Made by a program: the position numbers and the translations under genes. Below the pieces are notes generated by a model. That model was not told the DNA's origin and searched no databases. It saw nothing but the letters and a program-made list of their open reading frames with translations. From Nitrososphaeria archaeon (GTDB lineage: Archaea > Thermoproteota > Nitrososphaeria > JACIWG01), in contig CAVVXT010000003.1 of the NCBI GenBank assembly GCA_963752255.1, positions 32,001-96,000 of the forward strand: a stretch of DNA of 64,000 bases, in the 5' to 3' direction. Of the stretch, positions 61,450 to 64,000 are shown in pieces (the stretch's first letter is position 1; every line of letters begins with the position of its first letter).

Positions 61450-62063
61450 TTAAAAAATTCACCTTTTTACATCCAACATAGATTTTTGTCAGAAATATAT
61501 ATCTTTAACTGAATAAATTTTTTTTAATAATAGGCAAGTTATTTTATTTTTTTTATTTGTTTAAAGGTGATAAATAGAAAGAAATCAATTTTCTTATCTT
61601 TTTCATATTTATAAAGTAAAAAGACGTTTCAAATCTAACTTTAACTTTTCTCTCAATTAACACCAATACCCTCAGAATGTCCTGTTAAATTGGAGTGTTC
61701 CATTGACAATTATTAAAATATAAACATTTAGTTTTTTTGAACAAATAGTTAGTTGACTGTTATTTTTTTAATTAATTATTTGTGTCTTTTTTATACCTTA
61801 TGTTCAAAATTTGCTGTCTGCACTTGCTATAAATGCTGGATCAAGCTTACCGTATTCGATTCCCCAATTAATTAAGGTGGAAACCCTGTTATAGTAACTT
61901 CAAGCTCAGGCAGACAGGTGGTTTAAACCCTCTTTAAACCCTTAACCTGCACTATTTTGCAGTTTACACCCTGGTGCCGAGGCCTTAAACTGGTTAAGGT
62001 AATACCAATAATCGAGCTGGCTTAGTTATTTGGATCTGTTATTTTTTCAGAATTGCTTTAATA

Positions 62064-62553
62064 TTAACCAGCGAAAGAAGCTGGTCTAAGAATCCAACTG
62101 AATGACTTCGTCACATGATCTATAGTCAGAAGTCCAAATTTAAGTTCTTTTAAAACATTAAGAAGTTCATCATCAAGATTGGAAACCTTGATTTCAGTCA
62201 TTAGATCATTAGGTAATGCGAGAACTGGTCCCAACCCACCATGATGAAAGTCTAAGTCTTCTATTTTTTCCTATCGCATTTAAAGACATTAATAGTTGAA
62301 AAGCTGCATGAGGGATGTCTTCTATTGAAATCTTACATTCTATTATATAACATCGGTCGTAAGAACCATACCAGTTCTCCTTGTTTTTAATATCTCCAGT
62401 AAATGAAGAAGATGATTGCACTATGAATATATCTGGTTTTGTAAAGGAGTTCAACCAATTGCCGATAGGATATACTTTGGAGTTGGCTAGCAAATTCAAA
62501 AGCACTTTTTTAGTTGTTTCTACAAAAACTTGATGTGCCTTTTTTCTAGACAT
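62064..62553 (-). CDS. PD-(D/E)XK nuclease-like protein (split by +1 nt in run 62264-62269)
   Basis: KPDI...IIECK...AAFQL. After removing one base it continues IEDLDFHHGGLGPVLALP...LKELKFGLLTID...* at 62064. Confidence 0.65.
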
Positions 62554-63025
62554 AAGAGATATCACCAAAATTCCCTAAGAATTTTTCGATTATGGGGATA
62601 AGAAGGTTATTACTTGATGAAGTTGGGAAATATATCGTTGAATCGTTTCTTATGACAAGAGTATCAAACCAAACATCTCTAGTAGAACGAAGAAATAATT
62701 CCCAACCGCCCCTAAGCATCATCAAATCTTGAACTTTACCTTTGATTAGTAGAAGTACAAACACGGGAGAAGTCCCTAATAATGATTTCAATTTTTGTCT
62801 TTGACTTAGAATAATATGAACGAAACTTCGATCTCTATCACTAGTTGGTCTTTTTTCTATTAAGATGAATCCAGTATTATAAGGTAATTTATAGAATTTT
62901 ACAACCTTCCTTTTTCCCCAAATCATCATTTCTTTCTGCTCCAAGGAAGCCATCCTTTCTTCTAATTCGGGTTTAAGCAAATCTTCGATCGTGTTATAAT
63001 CTAAACCCTTTCTAAAAAAAGCCAA
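62546..63025 (-). CDS. Hypothetical protein coupled to the nuclease gene
   Basis: 159-aa ORF with TTG start; overlaps the nuclease start. Confidence 0.65.
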   Translation of the reverse strand: MAFFRKGLDYNTIEDLLKPELEERMASLEQKEMMIWGKRKVVKFYKLPYNTGFILIEKRPTSDRDRSFVHIILSQRQKLKSLLGTSPVFVLLLIKGKVQDLMMLRGGWELFLRSTRDVWFDTLVIRNDSTIYFPTSSSNNLLIPIIEKFLGNFGDISYV

Positions 63026-63510
63026 AATATATCAAAATCAGTATTTAGAAAGGTTGTATATAATTTAAATGGCAGTAAAAAAAAGTTTTACTTAGAAAGC
63101 GGTAGAGAACAACTGTTATTGTGAACAAAAAAAAAGAGGTTCCTTTGTAATCTCAACTTTTTTCTAATTGTTAAATCATAACAACTTTTGCCTTTCATTA
63201 ACGTCGTGGACAAATTAAGGCACGCTATCCGTTCCTAAAGCTTCTAAGAGGACAAATTTTAAAACTTTTAAAGGTTGGATAGATTTTTAGTTTTGGCTCA
63301 ATCAAAAAAAATCGGAAACGCTAACGCTAAACATTCTGCATGATGGCTCTGTCCGATCCCCCTGTGCAATATCGAACCTCAACACGCTCTCATGCAGGAC
63401 GCATTTAAGTTGAGCCAATAGGAAATAGTTAGTGTTAGCATTTTGTTTTAAAACGTGTTGAGCCAAACCAAATTTAAAATTATTTTTTTGCTCAATCAGT
63501 TTTAATTTTT

Positions 63511-63717
63511 GGAAAGCTGTCCGATAGGGAACTAGAGCTTCTGATTCTGGCTTCAATAAGTGAGCAGAACAAGACAGTAAACGCTCTATTTGCTGATCAG
63601 AAGGCTCAGTTTAAGCAGGTGTGTGGGAACCAGGATGCTATACAAAGGAACATACAGACTACTTTGAACGAGATAAAGAATCTAAAATCAGATTTATATC
63701 GAAAGGGCGTTATTTAG
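63511..63717 (+). CDS. Putative 68-codon coiled-coil ORF lacking an in-frame start (not in ORF track)
   Basis: GKLSDRELELLILASISEQNKTVNALFADQKAQFKQVCGNQDAIQRNIQTTLNEIKNLKSDLYRKGVI*; out-of-frame TTG at 63509. Confidence 0.4.
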   Translation, partial: GKLSDRELELLILASISEQNKTVNALFADQKAQFKQVCGNQDAIQRNIQTTLNEIKNLKSDLYRKGVI

Positions 63718-64000
63718 GATATAACCCAAACTGGTTATGTGTCCCTTACGTTTACCATATTAGTAAATGGCTCCCTAGCCCGGTAGCCAGACTCGTTTCA
63801 TCGCAAAAAAATCGTATGTTTTTGCACTATTTTTTTTAGGTAAATTTGGCCTTGAAACAGCCTTAAAAAATGTTTACCAATTCAGGAAATAGCTCACCCA
63901 GTGATATTAAAGTATCCTAAAATCCCCTTTTGCCCCGTATCGATAACAGGAAGTATGCTATCTCACAGATAAGCACGACTACGCATCCAACTCCGATAAT

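Noticed and set aside
63765-63805. GC-rich GGCTCCCTAGCCCGGTAGCC as a tRNA or att fragment
   Set aside because: Only a 5-bp stem; no T-arm (GTTCRA) or cloverleaf
63302-63839. Track ORFs 63302-63556 (-) and 63621-63839 (+)
   Set aside because: Composition is not protein-like; the alternative frame 63511-63717 is more plausible

Overview
AT-rich archaeal chromosomal segment. TATA-box promoters, many TTG/GTG starts, a single-OB-fold SSB with an RGG tail, a SAMP/MoaD protein, a COG1361 surface protein and form III RubisCO point to a TACK-type lineage such as Bathyarchaeia or a relative; the taxon is inference. About 60 mostly metabolic and transport genes; I found no rRNA, tRNA or CRISPR array. 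The most striking locus (52.9-58.7 kb) is a catalytically complete form III RubisCO that shares a divergent promoter region with an FGGY pentulose-type kinase and is flanked by a FucA-type class II aldolase, an Ldh_2 dehydrogenase and a divergent HpcH aldolase. AMP phosphorylase, R15P isomerase and PRK are absent from the window, which suggests a possible unrecognised route to RuBP. Other notable items: an enolase paralog lacking key catalytic residues, an unannotated 17-aa Lys-rich microgene, a surface-anchored Moco oxidoreductase-PKD protein, a PIN nuclease with a Zn-ribbon insert in a 3-gene operon, a metallothionein/desulforedoxin-like miniprotein, and probable integrase relics. At least five single-base frameshifts occur, probably long-read assembly errors; two share the context GGCGAAGA-N5-GTC. 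All assignments come from manual motif reading, not database searches.
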